Assembly: GCA_004022145.1 (NCBI GenBank)
Contig: RCNU01000010.1
Reading direction: 5' to 3' (one strand)
Length of the DNA stretch: 64,000 nt
Source of the DNA: Paecilomyces variotii
Lineage: Eukaryota
Each line of letters begins with the position of its first letter. The stretch's first letter is position 1. Below, piece after piece: positions 51,501 through 64,000 of this stretch. The translations under genes were made by a program, and so were the position numbers. The notes below the pieces were generated by a model. It saw only the letters and a list, made by a program, of their open reading frames with translations. It searched no databases and was not told the origin of the DNA.

Positions 51501-52423
51501 ATGAGGGAAGTCGTGGCGTCGAGTCGAGATCTGGCTGCCATACCTAGACTATGCGCAGCACTGGTTGCAAGGAGGCCCCGGGACGCATCCCCAGCCACTT
51601 TTATCTTGTCTGTCTGTGACGGGGACCTGTAAATCAGCGGTACGAAGTAGAGGTTGGGCCTGCGCCGCGAAGTCCACTGTTTCTTGACGCCAGCAAGTAT
51701 TATAGTAGTCCAGCAACACCGTTGACTGGTCCGCGGAGCTTCTCCCATAAGGCTCTGAGAGGCGAACGCTGGGACAATGCGTGGTAAACGATCCGCCCCG
51801 AGGATCCTCTCCTAGTCGAGGCTCCAACCACAATCTGAACTGACCCCGTCAAAGGCGGCGTTTGTTGTCGCCGCTAGTGAGCTGGGCTGCCCTCATGGGT
51901 CTCTCCGCCCAACTGGCTGTCCATCGTACTCTTCTCCCAGCCCTCTTCTTTCCCCGATCTTATTCATTTCACCCCTTGTATCTTCGATCTTTCCTGCTGC
52001 AACTTCAGAGGTTGTGGTCTGGTGGGAGGTCCCGTGGTCTTGAACGTTGGACTCTTGATCGTGTTGGTGCTTATCGGCCGGCGAGGTGAAGAGTGAAAGC
52101 GAAAGCCCCGCTGGTCTCTGGTAGCAGAACGCAGCTGCTGGGAGCCCTTGGTTGACCACCATAGCAACCTTCTGATCCTGTCAGTCAGGATTCTCACTGT
52201 GTTGGAGAACACCGAATCAGGATAAGGTTCGACCTCTAACACACCAGAACTCGAATAACTGGTATTCTTTGACCGATCTTACTAACACCAGACTGCCCTA
52301 CTAGTTAGTCTAGCCTTCACACCAGCTATTGTGTTGCTGGCTTTCGATATCATCACGCAACAACGATCTTCTCATCATATCTAATTTACAGGGTATGCAG
52401 CTATCTGCTTGAAAGCTCTCACA

Positions 52424-55400
52424 ATGGGTGTCGACGCCCGCAGACCTATGCTGCCCGCCCCCACTGAGTCCATCACTGGGGGGAGCGCAACCGGAACAGA
52501 TCTCGCAACAGACGTCTCTCGACGTACAGATAAGACGTCCTATTCCATCCCAGATGACGGAAGTCCCATCACGATACCGACTCGTCGCAAGTCACGTAAC
52601 CGTGACAAAGACGAATCCTCCAACAAGCTTACTCGCTCTTCCCATCAGTCACAGACCTCTCTTCTGATAGAATATTTCGAGGGAGGGAAAGGGACTGGAA
52701 GCTTGCATTCCAGGCCGAGTGTGAGAGTCAGGGTGACCCCATCTGCAGCGAGAAAGTTGAGGGACCAGACCGATCACATCCAAATAACGGAGTCTGGTGG
52801 AAGCCGGAAACCAGTCTATACCCGGCGCATTTCTCTCGGAAACTCATCGAAGCAAAAGCAGCCTCCAGAAGCAGCTATCGACGACCAGAGCATCAGCTCG
52901 TACAATTCTGCCGGCGACGAAGGCAATACAGCTCCCCGACGCTCGCCCCTCGAGATCGAATTCGTCGATCGTGACCAGACGAGCGAAGTGTCAAACGTAT
53001 CCCGGGATGCAAGATACATGCTGCCCACATCCGACATATCATCTATGCCACCAGACAGTTTACTGGACGGGCCGTCTGTTCAAACCCCCAGGCGCAAACG
53101 CAGCCAAAGCCTCAATAGAGAAGGCGCTCGAGAAGTCGACGACCTTCTAAAGGCTCCTTCGCGACGTCGTAGCCGCAGCCTGAGCAGGGAACGAATAGCT
53201 CATAAGGTTGCTGAGAAACTCAATAATCCGCCGCGCGACACGTCTGGCAACCATGCCAAACGATTGGAAAAGAGTATGAGCAGGGCCCACAGCAAAGAGC
53301 TCCTTGAGACAGACTCCAAATCATCTAGGCGGAAACTGCAGAAGAGTCGGGAAGATGACATCCCCGCCAGCCCAGAATCAAGCCTGCTTAGTGCCTCAGC
53401 AGTATCATCTCGACGCAAGTCGGGTGACCAATATTCCTTCCGCTCGGGTACGTCGAGGTCGTCTATCAACAACCCTAAACTGCTCGAGACAGTTGAAGAT
53501 GCGATCCGACGCTTGATCTTACCAGAACTGAAGGAGTTGAAGAAAGATCAGAAGGTCACCTCCAATACCTCCAAATTTGAACGTGAGATGGGTGCATCTC
53601 GTGGTTCGGGCAGCTCGGCTTCCAGAGATGAACTAGGACGACGTCTATCGAAGCATGCTAGTGCACCGGACGTGAAGAACCCCACGGTTATTCTTCACAA
53701 AAGCAGCAAAGACGAGGGCATTATTCTCTCAGATGATCGATCGACAGAGCACAAAGAACAAGAGAAGGAGAACGAGGTGACTTCTCCGTCGGGTAAGACC
53801 TACATAAAGGGCGCTCGTCCTGACTTGACGGAAGAAGAGAAACTACGTCGCCAGAGGAGCAAGGGACTGCGTGACGCTGAGGCTGCGGCTATTGTTGGAA
53901 CTGCCCTCACAACTGCAGCACTCAAACATCATGATTCCCAGTCCAGTATGGACAGACGAGAGCGCCGCAAGAGAAGGAGCAGGGGCCACAGCAGAGATCC
54001 CAGCTTTAACGAGACTGAACTCGTGTTCCAGAAACATAATGTTGCCCCCATGCCAATGCGCAGCGAAATTGACTCGGAGCTGACTCGGGAATCGATCCTT
54101 TCTCAGCGAACAGCGGGAACAGAAACATCCCACCAGGGAGTGGAGGTTCGTAACGTATCTCATGGCTCGCCACGAGGAGCTGGGTCATCTGGCTCGAGCA
54201 CACCTACTCGTCGTACTCCTCGCGGTGGTAGACAACTAGGCACCTATCACAGCAATATGTCAAACGGTGATCTTAGCATACACAGTGCTTCTGAGCGCGA
54301 GTTGCACAAGAGAAGTCATTATTCTCTCGCAGACTCCGACAGTGGTACTGCTGGTGCCATTGCAGCAGCCGCAGCAGCAAACCTCTTGGACGACCATCAA
54401 CCTTATGATAATGAAGCTGAGCCAGATTATGCAGACCAGAGAGCTCTGAGCCCTATTCAGAGTGTCGCGAGCGACAACAATGATACCGAACGAGGTGGAG
54501 AGTGGCACTTCGAGACTGCGGAGCATGGTGAACCCAGATTATCCATCGACTCCCTATCTTCTGCACCTAGTACGAGCCTTGCAAGGTCCAAACGATTGGC
54601 AGAGGCTAATTTTGCACAAGGAGATGAGACACAGGACCGATACGACAAAGCTGGGGCGGAACTCGGGTACGAAGAGGAGTCCCCCAGGGAACCGAAAGAA
54701 GGCCATTGGGAGGAGGAGTCTGAAACAGACGAGGACGACACATACCGCCATTCAACAGCCCGACCCAGTATTGAGGACATTGGAACCGATGAGAAACGGA
54801 TGACGAATTACACAGACGACAGCCTTGACGCCTCCTATGTGGACAAGGCCGCTGAGGGACGGCAGGTTTCTGACGGCGTTGCCGCGAAACCAGAATATGT
54901 CCATCCCCCCGTTGCTGTGGAATCGGCAGTGGCATCACTCCTCGATCCATCTGTTCTTTCAGGGACTCGTTCAGGCGTGGATTCCCCCAATCAGCACTGG
55001 GCTGGAAGTCCAAAAGTTGGTGGAGACGCGGCCGGGGACATGTATGGGAGCGACCGCGGAAGTCCCCTCAAACAGAGACAGGACGCCGCTACCCAGGATG
55101 AGACGTCGTTCCCTAAGCGTATGGGTGTTACATCTCCTCCTCAGAGCGTAGCTCAGTCATTTGAGGATGAGGATGAAGACGAGCAGCCACGAGGAGACAC
55201 GACTGGTGTGACAGATGCAGAAAGCCCCATGCCTGAAGATGAACATGTTCCTGACTCCGAGTCAGAGATCAACACAAACCCTTCCATTATTCAGGGTCCT
55301 ATTGCTGGTGTCCCGCATGATAATATGGACCATTGGCCCTATAACCCTACACCTCCAAAATCCTTGGGAGATCACTACTCCGCTGACCGAGACTTTGACA

Positions 55401-57485
55401 ATAACATGGCTGACGGCGGCATGGGATTTACGGATCCCACTGGTTATGATACCTACTATCAGTCTCCTTATGGGAATAGTTATGGGCACGATTATATGGC
55501 AGGCAATATGTATTCGACGCCACCCGGAGCGAAAGACGAAGGGTACATATCAGCGGCCAATCCACGCTCTCCAAGTATCGCGACGCCGGAACAGAAAGAC
55601 AAAGAATACACTGGTCTTTTTGATAACAGCCCTGATGATACGTTTACTCCAGGCCATCAGCGCCAAATTAGTGGCTATTCGCACGGAATCCCATCTCCTT
55701 TATATGACAGCGCCACTGGAAGGGGCATTGAGGCTATACAGTCGAAGGATATCGTTGCTCTGATGGATCATGTAAGTGCCACTCTCTGCTAGAAAGGACG
55801 CAGCTGCTAACATTCACCACCAGCTCACTGTGCGGGACGCCCAGCGGAATGCCAGGGACACCGAAATCCTAGTTACTCTGGTACGGAGTGCAGCCGAGAT
55901 GCGTAACTCATTCGAAGAAATGAAGCGTTTCATTGCTGCCCAGGATGGAATTATCATGGAATCCAACGAGAAGCAGCATGAGCGCACACATAAAATCATT
56001 GGCGGGCCGAGACCTCTTCCACCCAGTGGCTCTCGCTCGCGCCAACTGGCAGCAGAGGACGGCGAAGACTTGCGCTCGAAGAGGCGCAATGTCTTCAAAC
56101 GGGCATTGAAGGGGCTAAGCCTCAAATCTTCCAACGATTTGACTAAGATTGAAGATATGCTTATGCAGCTTCTGGACGAAGTCGAGGCTCTGCGCACTGC
56201 GCAGGGAGGTGGAAATGCTGGAGCTGGACCACAGCCCGCGAGCGTGGGATCGACTGAGCACGGTCATAGCTCATACCAAGATGGTTATGAGCCTGAAGGC
56301 CAAGCGGGCACTTCTTCCACTGGAGATCAGTCTGGCTATCTGTCTAATTCTTCACGCCCTGTTCCCGAATCCCATGGCTTGAGCGGGCGAAGAGGATCCG
56401 AAAATCGCGTCAGCACTGTTCCGGAAGCAGATGAAGAGCTCGAGACTGGTGATAAGCATGACCAGGAATTTTCCGGTCGCCGCTTTTCTAGCGATGATCG
56501 ATACTCTAGCCGCGAGGTGCGTGGCAACTCAGTGCCCTTATCTTCACCGCCACGAGTGCCCGTCGCATCCGGTGCTCTCAGCAACGAAACGTCGCCCAAG
56601 ACAAATGAGAAATCGAAGAAACACAAGTCCAGCAGTTCTTCGTTCTTCCCGAAGATATCCCGGTGGTCGAAGACCACTGCGTCTTCCATGGGTGATAATA
56701 TTCGCAACACCATCCAACCTAGTCGCAAGGAGCGCCCGTTTTCTGATGCGTCTCGCTCTGGCTCGGATCTCGTTCACGGACCGTACAACACAGAGGACTA
56801 TTATGATCCGAATGGCGATGACAAGATACGCTCAACGTACACCCTGGATGAAGGACGACGACAAGAAAATCGACCACCGTCTCCTCTCGTTCCCTCCCAG
56901 GTCTCCGACAACCCCAAATATCAAGCGCATCGAGATAGTCTAGACTTGCAGCATCCACAGCCTCGCCAGGGTCCCACCGGACGGTATCAGTCTCAATTGG
57001 AGTCAGAGGCGCAGAATTTCACCCCTACATCCCCCAACTCCGAACCATGGGGTTCCAACCCTAGCCTTCTACATCCGGGTCAAAATCAGAACCGATTTAG
57101 TTACGGAAGCCGCCTTTCACCAATATCGGATGCAGGCTATTCAGAGCAGGCCTCTCTGTCAGAGAAGCAGAACGCCCCTCCAAGACCTCCCAAAATTAAG
57201 GATGATGGGCCTCTCGTGCCTCAGCGGCCCCCCAAGGTCAAGGAAGAGGAGCAGCAGCCAAGCTATGCGGATCGCATCGCGTCTCGGGTAAGTAATTCTG
57301 TTATACAGGGGCTTTTTGATAACGCGGAACTAAACATTCTACAACAGGGTTCCATGCAATCTACTCCCCCTCAGCGCAAGCCAACCGGACCTCGCCCAAT
57401 CACTGGCTCTGGTCAGTACGGCTCGGGAAACGTCAGAAGACATCGATACAGAGGAAGTCCCGACCAGATTGATGACGACTACTGA
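52424..57485 (+). CDS. Large Ser/Arg-rich, mostly disordered fungal protein; introns 55772-55823 and probably 57288-57347
   Basis: 1127-aa and 569-aa ORFs joined by GTAAGT..CTAAC..CAG. Conserved-looking islands (TSLLIEYFEG, VEDAIRRLILPEL, LMDH|LTVRDAQRN). No enzyme motif seen. Confidence 0.85.
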
Positions 57486-58454
57486 ACTGGCAATGCACCA
57501 CTTCTCCCCGAATCCTCTCAACCATGGTGTATGATGTTACGCGTTATGATTCCTATTACTTTGTGGTCTTTTTGCTTTGAACATATGTTTTAGCGCATGA
57601 AACTAACGACATATGCTGGTTGCGCTCAGGTGGAAATGACCTATTGCATTTGGCTTCCACTTCTTTTCACGGGCAACCATCCTAATTGTGGATAATTTAT
57701 GATGGAATGACTGCACGCTGGCTTTTGCTATCATGTGGTTTTGTTGTAATTATGTTTTCTACTTTTATTTTCCTTGCCTTTATCAACCCCCTCAGTTGCA
57801 CATGTTTCCCCTATTCCCCATGTATCTATGCATTAACGACAAGCATACCCCCATCCGTTTACACTACCTTCTGTTCAAAAGCATGCAGAGATTCATATGA
57901 ACCTTTCTTTTCAGATGAAATTGCTATGACAGCGTGCTGGCACTTGGAATGAAATGCCTACGCTCATATGATGATAATGACCTACCCTTTTTGAATCGTT
58001 TTGGCTTTATAGATTACCCACCAGAAATGGAATAGCTTACGCTACACTGCCGCTACAGTAACCTTGGAGGCCTCCCTCCAGTATGGTGTCTTTGATTTTG
58101 ATGTAATTGACTAGACGCGTGTTGCCATAATTAGCTCTACGAGCTAAATTTATCCTATGTCAGAGGGAGTATGAAGATCTTCCGCACTGTCACAGTCAGA
58201 GATTTGTATTCAACTTCACGACGCGCTTTTGAGCTCTTATTCTGCCAAGATTTAATTGCGGCGTCACATCCGCTTTCCCGCGGGCAGAACCAAGGGTGGG
58301 GTGTTCGGCTTCCCAATGGACTGATATCCGCCGTTCGTCATATAAGAATGCGCCAAGGGAGCTACTAGAAACGCTGCTTATTTCATAGTTGGATACAAAA
58401 TATCTTATATTATTGTATTGGACACTTTCTGCCCTTCTCTGTCTATTGAAAGAA

Positions 58455-59527
58455 ATGAGCGATTCACCTCTAGACCTTCTGGTCTGTTCCACTTGTGGAA
58501 CGCAGCACTCGGCGCGGTCGTTGTCTTCGTGTAAGATCTGTGATGATCCCCGGCAGTATTTGCCCGCAACTGGGTAGGTGTAGTTCTCTAACCATTTACC
58601 ATTGATACTTGGACATAGTTCTATTTGGTTGGATACTTCCCCCGTGTCGAGTTTCGATCGCTGGTGGACTACCCTCGTTTCGCTCATCACTAACTCCACG
58701 ATTACAGACAATCATGGACAACTCTACGCACACTACAGCAATCAAAGCAATACCATAATGAATTCGTCATGGACAAGAATCACTCGGGACTGATAAGTAT
58801 CTATACTGTCCCGAAAGTCGCTATCGGCCAGCGCGCCATCTTATGCTGCACACCACAGGGAAATATCCTCTGGGATTGTATCACTTACATTGATGACGAG
58901 ACCATCAAGCGGATCAAAGAATTGGGGGGAATCAGCGCTATCGTGATCTCCCACCCGCATTACTTCTCGACATGTATCCATTGGGCTCAGGCTTTTGGCT
59001 GCAAGGTCTACCTTTCCAAAGAAGATCAAGAGTGGATAATGCGGTCGGGTCCAGAGCAAGTCTTGTGGTCAGGAGAAAGGCTTCCTTTACCAGGGGTCCT
59101 CGATATCGTCGCGATCAAAACCGGCGGACATTTCCCCGGCAGCTCAGTCCTATGGTGGGGATCGGCTAGGAAGCTGCTTGTCGCTGACACCATCATGGTC
59201 GTTCCCAGCGGCGTGTATCACACTGACAGGCTACCCGGGACAGCCTCATTTTCTTTTATGTGGTCTTATCCGAATTTTGTTAGTTACACATGGATTTTTC
59301 TCTTTGCGGGAAGTTGCTAATAGTTGATCTCTTAGATTCCGTTACCACCCGATGAAGTGCACAATATATGGAAAGCCATCAAGGACTTCGATTTTGATGA
59401 TGCCCATGGTGCCTTTGTTGGTCAGGATACCAGAGGAAATAGCAGGAAGAGGGTATTGGACAGCGCCAAATTAGTTGTCAAGTCGATGGGTTATGGTGAC
59501 CATGCTATTCATGCTGAGGAAGCGTAG
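58455..59527 (+). CDS. MBL-fold metallo-hydrolase with an N-terminal CxxC..CxxC; exons 58455-58573, 58708-59278, 59336-59527
   Basis: CSTCGTQ..CKICDDPRQY, IGQRA, NILWDC, ISHPHYF, GGHFPGS and SFMWSYPN. Confidence 0.88.
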
Positions 59528-59942
59528 CTTGTGATTCGCAGAGTCTGAGTTGAGTCCAGCTTTGAGCCAGAAGACTCTGCTGTTTTGTTTATTGTGTAAA
59601 TATTCCAGTCTAAGGGTCCTCCTTTTCCTCTTCTATTTTATCATGGCCATAACTTCCGATTAGTATCGCAGACAAGCTTTACATACGAGTCAGAACATGA
59701 AAGATCAAGTGGACAAGAAGAGTTAGGTCATGAAATAAGTCATGTGTAGAACTATCTCTAGATGAATGAATCGAATATCCCTCTTGGACATATAGTATTA
59801 GAATGGCCGTGCTGTAGCTTGATATATTCTTGGTGTTCTCTAATTATCAATATCAAGGTGTGAATGCGGGGTGGATTGACCGGGCGGGTGAAGCCAAAAA
59901 CAGTTCACAACTCCACTGGCAAGTAGTTACTTGACTAACTTA

Positions 59943-59945
<3 letters not shown>

Positions 59946-59977
<32 letters not shown>
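59946..59977. repeat. (CT)16 microsatellite upstream of the HAD gene
   Basis: Direct reading of the sequence. Confidence 0.93.
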
Positions 59978-59979
<2 letters not shown>

Positions 59980-60141
59980 GCAACTCAGGATCAGCGTACC
60001 TCTCAACTCGACCATCTGTCTTCCCCTTGCAAATTACAGTCGGTAAGACGCACTACTCCAATACGTCTTTGATAAAAGTCCCACTGTCGTTTATCCATGC
60101 TGAAGTCCTCCAGCAGAATATCAGCGTCTCTGGTTCGGACG

Positions 60142-61353
60142 ATGTCTTCCGCTCCTGGATATTCGCTGCGACAGCGCAGGTTCGCCCCATTGAACCCTGA
60201 GCTGAGCGCGAAGTCGGATGCGCCGCCTCTGAAAGGAATCGTGTTTGATGTTGATGGGACATTATGGTTAGTATTCTTTTGTCTCTTTTGGATTCTCTCT
60301 TCAAGTAAACGGTCACTTCCATGAAGTGGAAATAACATCATCTATTTGCTTTCGGGCGCGAGAATCTGTGATATGATCAACGAAGATTACCATGTCTTCT
60401 TCATGTTATTCCTGTTTCGAGACACGAATAGGTGGTCACATCTGAAGTTGTCTTCCATGAAGAGCTAACTTGGATTGGATTTCTGCCATATCAAAACACA
60501 TTTGTCTTATACTGTTTGGTCAATATTTGGATTGGGCCGAGTTTCTTCCTATTTCTATTCAACAATTCTCGATACCTTACTCCAGCCATGTACAAAATAA
60601 GAAAAAAAAATCACGAAGGAAATAAAACTAACTGCAAATAGTCTCCCCCAGCACTACATGTTCGGAGAGATGCGGTATGTCAACCTACCAACCCTTCAAA
60701 ACATCTCATTACACCCTCTCTAACGTTCCCCTCTTGCTATAACTTCCAGTGCAGCACTAGGAATCGACAAATCAGTCGACATCCTCGAACACATCCGGGG
60801 GCTGCCCACTCTCAAAGATCGCATGAAAGCCGTATCCAAAGTCCAGGAAATCGAGCGTGAAGCAATGCTCAAACAGCAGCCCCAACCAGGTCTTGTTCAA
60901 CTCATGGACTATATCGAATCTAGAGGCATGAGGAGGGCCTTGTGCACGAGGAATTTCGAGTATGTGGGCCCGTTTCATCTCTTCCTCTTCTTTCCTTGGT
61001 TTCAGATCACTGTGTGATATGGCATGAATCATGCCACACGTCCACAGCACATATATCATATCCCCTGGTGAAGTGCACAGATATATACTGAACAGTCACC
61101 ACTCCCCTCGATGCCCCCGCATACATATATATAGACTCGAAGTGCAGCCCACTAATTTCCTTCTTCCCCCCAGGGCACCGGTAACTCACCTCCTCCAGAC
61201 GCATCTCCCAAAACACGTCTTCCTCCCCATTATCACCAGGGACACACCCGACCTTCTTCCCAAGCCCGATCCAGCAGGAATCCTGCACATCGCTAGAGAA
61301 TGGGGTCTCGATAACCGCGCCGATAACCTCATCATGGTAAGTCAAAGCAGACC

Positions 61354-61392
<39 letters not shown>

Positions 61393-61733
61393 CATACATA
61401 CATATATCATACACCCTAATCCCAATCCCCATCTTCTTCCTTCCAAATTCCATATACCATAAATCCCATTTCCATGATACATATCTAACGACATAACTTG
61501 ATAAAAATAATTTACAGGTGGGCGACTCCATCGACGACATGACAGCCGGACACACCGCCGGAGCCGCAACTGTCCTGCTCCTGAACGACCGGAATACGCA
61601 TCTGAAAGACCATGAACACACGGATCTATGTATCGAGCGGCTCGATGATCTCGTTGATATTCTGGAAAATGGTTTCGTGGGTCATCGCGGAGGTGACAAG
61701 GCCTCAACGGAAGGGAGGGAGGAGGAAGCGTGA
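60142..61733 (+). CDS. HAD-superfamily hydrolase (YOR131C-like), 5 exons
   Basis: IVFDVDGTL|CLPQHYMF, ALCTRN, PKPDPAG and M|VGDSIDDM. Confidence 0.88.
61357..61386. repeat. (CA)15 microsatellite in the last HAD intron
   Basis: Direct reading of the sequence. Confidence 0.93.
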
Positions 61734-62224
61734 GTTTCTTTTTTTTTTAAGGGCTCAGATGCTGCGAATCTCGCATTGAGAAAGAGTAAAATAAAACCCG
61801 ATACTTTGAAACTATGTCTTTGGAAGATGGCGTTTAGTTAGTATGGGACACAGCAAGGGATAAGAGATTATTACGCGCATTATGTTAATGTCATAATGCA
61901 AGGTTAAGTTGAGGACTAGAGTTTTCTTTTTCATATCTGAGATTATTATCGCAAGGTCCCGACTGGGGTCCCAGCTATGGTATTTTGCTTAGACTAATCG
62001 CCTATCATCATGTTTTACACTGTACATGGCCGGTTTGTACATCACGGCACCAGTATGAGAATCGAAATCAAAGCAAAGTCCGAGTTTTGTGTTAAGCCGA
62101 ACGTCACAGCGCAAGAATGCTGGAAAGTATCCGATTTTCAAACCGGAGAAAAAGAAAGCTTTTATGCATCACCCAGTGGATCATTTGGGAGAACCACCCA
62201 TCCGTAACTCCCGGCTCGTCATTA

Positions 62225-64000
62225 TCATAGTCTATGCTTGTTCCAGGCTTTCTTAGCTGCACTTGGCATAGGACGATAGGCGTCCCCGTTTTGCCCACGT
62301 CTGTTGCCACCTCCACGGCCACCACCGCGGCCTCCCCTGTCAGAGCCTCTTCCGCGTCGAGGCGGAGGCTGTCTGGGCGGGCCACGGGGAGGGGGAGATC
62401 GAGGTAGAGGCGGTTGCCAGCTGTCTTTCACCCGCGACTCTCTGCCACGGTAAGGTTCAGGGTTAGGAGACAGAGAGCGCTGGCGCGTATTGTAGCCAGG
62501 GTATTCATCTCGATCGCGGTAAGTGTCTCTCGAGTCATATCCAGATCTACGAGTATCTTGGGGCCCAGCTAGGTTTTTGTCCTTACCAATTCCGCTTCCA
62601 AAACGGATATTGGGACGGCCTTGGTTCCGGCCTACTGGGTTTCTGAGGGCCGGTCTTGATAGCATGTCATCGCTATCTGGGGTAGGCGAGCGTGCATCGG
62701 CACGCCCTCTGATCCTCATTCCGCCTTGGCGGCCGTTCAGAGCGGCTCCGCCTTTCTGACTTGGGACCACTGCGTTGATGTTTGTAATCATGGAAGGATC
62801 ATAGCCCTTCAATGTCCATGAGGAAGATCGCATGGGTCGCGGAAGGGAAGGGCAATCTCCAACTAGGTGACGATTGCTCGTGCAATAGCAGCACGACAAA
62901 GACACAAGTACGGGGCCAGGGGACGGATGCCGTTTGGGGAATTTCCACATGTAGTCACAATCGAGTTCCAGGTGATCTTGTGAACCGCAAAAGTCGCATG
63001 GAACTTCTGCTGCTGTGCCTTTCAGGGCCGAGGAACACGCTGCATGATCATGTCCTCGCTCACGACATTTCTGGCATCTTCTCCAGGAAGGACAAAAGTT
63101 ACTCTCATGTTGATTCCAAGCTCCGCAGTGTTGGCACTGGACTTCGTCAGTATTTAGTTGACCGCAAGGGAATTTCAGCTCCACGATGGGATATGAACCA
63201 TCGTGGGTTGTGAAAAGGCATGCAGGAGCTTACCTCTTTGGAAGGACACACCTCCGCCAGGTGGCCTTCTTGAAAACATTCAGTGCATGTAACTGGTAGC
63301 GTAAGATCGAGATCATTCTCATCACGACCATAGAACACATACTTAACCTGGGTTTGGAGATCTTCATGGGCAAGGTCAGCAAGGGTAGAGGGGGGTGTCG
63401 GGTATCTACTGGAGAAGGAACGGAAACTGTCCTCCTTTGAGTGCAGTTTTGATGCCTCATTTGCGCTGCTTCCATTTGTCGTGGCAGAAGAATATTGACC
63501 GTGCCCGTTCACTGTACCGTTGACGCCCCCTTTGTGAGTAGCGGTCGGGAATGGATTCTCTTTCGAGGAAACACCACCGTCCTGTCTTTGGGCCTCCATG
63601 GTATTCTCAGGACGGGTACCGACATTGACCATAATGGAATCGTCTCCTTCTGAAATCTCCCCGGATTCTGAATCGTCAGAATGGACAAAGTAGGGGCCTT
63701 GGCCAGATGGAGCGGTGCTGGTATCCTTTGGTTGTCCCTCTGCAGGATCTGCCTTGCTATCCTTATTCTGTGATGACGTGACGTCCTCTCCCTCTTCCTC
63801 TGCTGTCGAGACAGAAGCACTGCGAGTGCCCCAGAATTTCTTATTCACCTCATCGAAACCGGAAGTGGCGACGTTGCTGTCGGGTTTGGATATCCTGCTC
63901 CCTAATTTCGTCCTGATCGCGCTTCTGCTACCTTGATTCCAATTAATTGCAGGAGCTGAACCTCGCAGAGGTGGCTGGCCGCTTTGTTCCTCTGCACCCT
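62225..64000 (-). CDS. Zinc-knuckle protein Air1/Air2-like (TRAMP subunit), 5' end beyond the window; intron 63137-63233
   Basis: Five CCHC knuckles (CTECFQEGHLAEVC, CQHC..H..C, CQKCRERGH..C, CDFC..H..C, CYCTSNRHLVGDC) and an RGG-rich tail. Confidence 0.82.

Noticed and set aside
49700-52300. Numerous short ORFs of 60-146 aa
   Set aside because: No motifs or coherent exon structure; probably promoter or 5' leader of the large downstream gene.
58574-58707. Possible stwintron in MBL hydrolase intron 1 (internal CTAAC..TAG)
   Set aside because: A nested model gives a poor donor and a frameshift, whereas a single 134-nt intron restores the frame.

Overview
Eukaryotic, intron-containing DNA from a filamentous ascomycete, most likely Eurotiales (Aspergillus/Penicillium-like). 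The basis is short GT-AG introns with CTRAC branch points and the gene content. About 24 protein-coding genes were identified: SYF2, an alpha/beta hydrolase, COQ11-like, YAF9, a nitroreductase, IPK1, ECM15-like, a PI-PLC-like protein, a PPR-like protein, COX7, a methyltransferase, a Zn2Cys6 factor, kynureninase, IDO, a PRISE reductase, U1C, an FLC/TRP-like channel, an MBL hydrolase, a HAD hydrolase, an AIR-like zinc knuckle protein and several hypotheticals. No tRNA, rRNA, CRISPR array or intact transposon was seen. The most notable signal is in the U1 snRNP-C gene. Its conserved N-terminus (MPKFFCDYC) is restored only by removing a 57-nt AT-AC intron with U2-type signals and including a 6-nt microexon; the canonical splicing routes I traced hit premature stops, suggesting an autoregulatory splice-site-fidelity sensor. 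Also notable: a TF-kynureninase-IDO (plus methyltransferase) cluster with matching CGG arrays on both sides of IDO, an unannotated kinase-like pseudogene with RIP-like damage, an 18-bp palindrome between PPR and COX7, and structured introns. Exon boundaries were read by eye, and no database searches were run.
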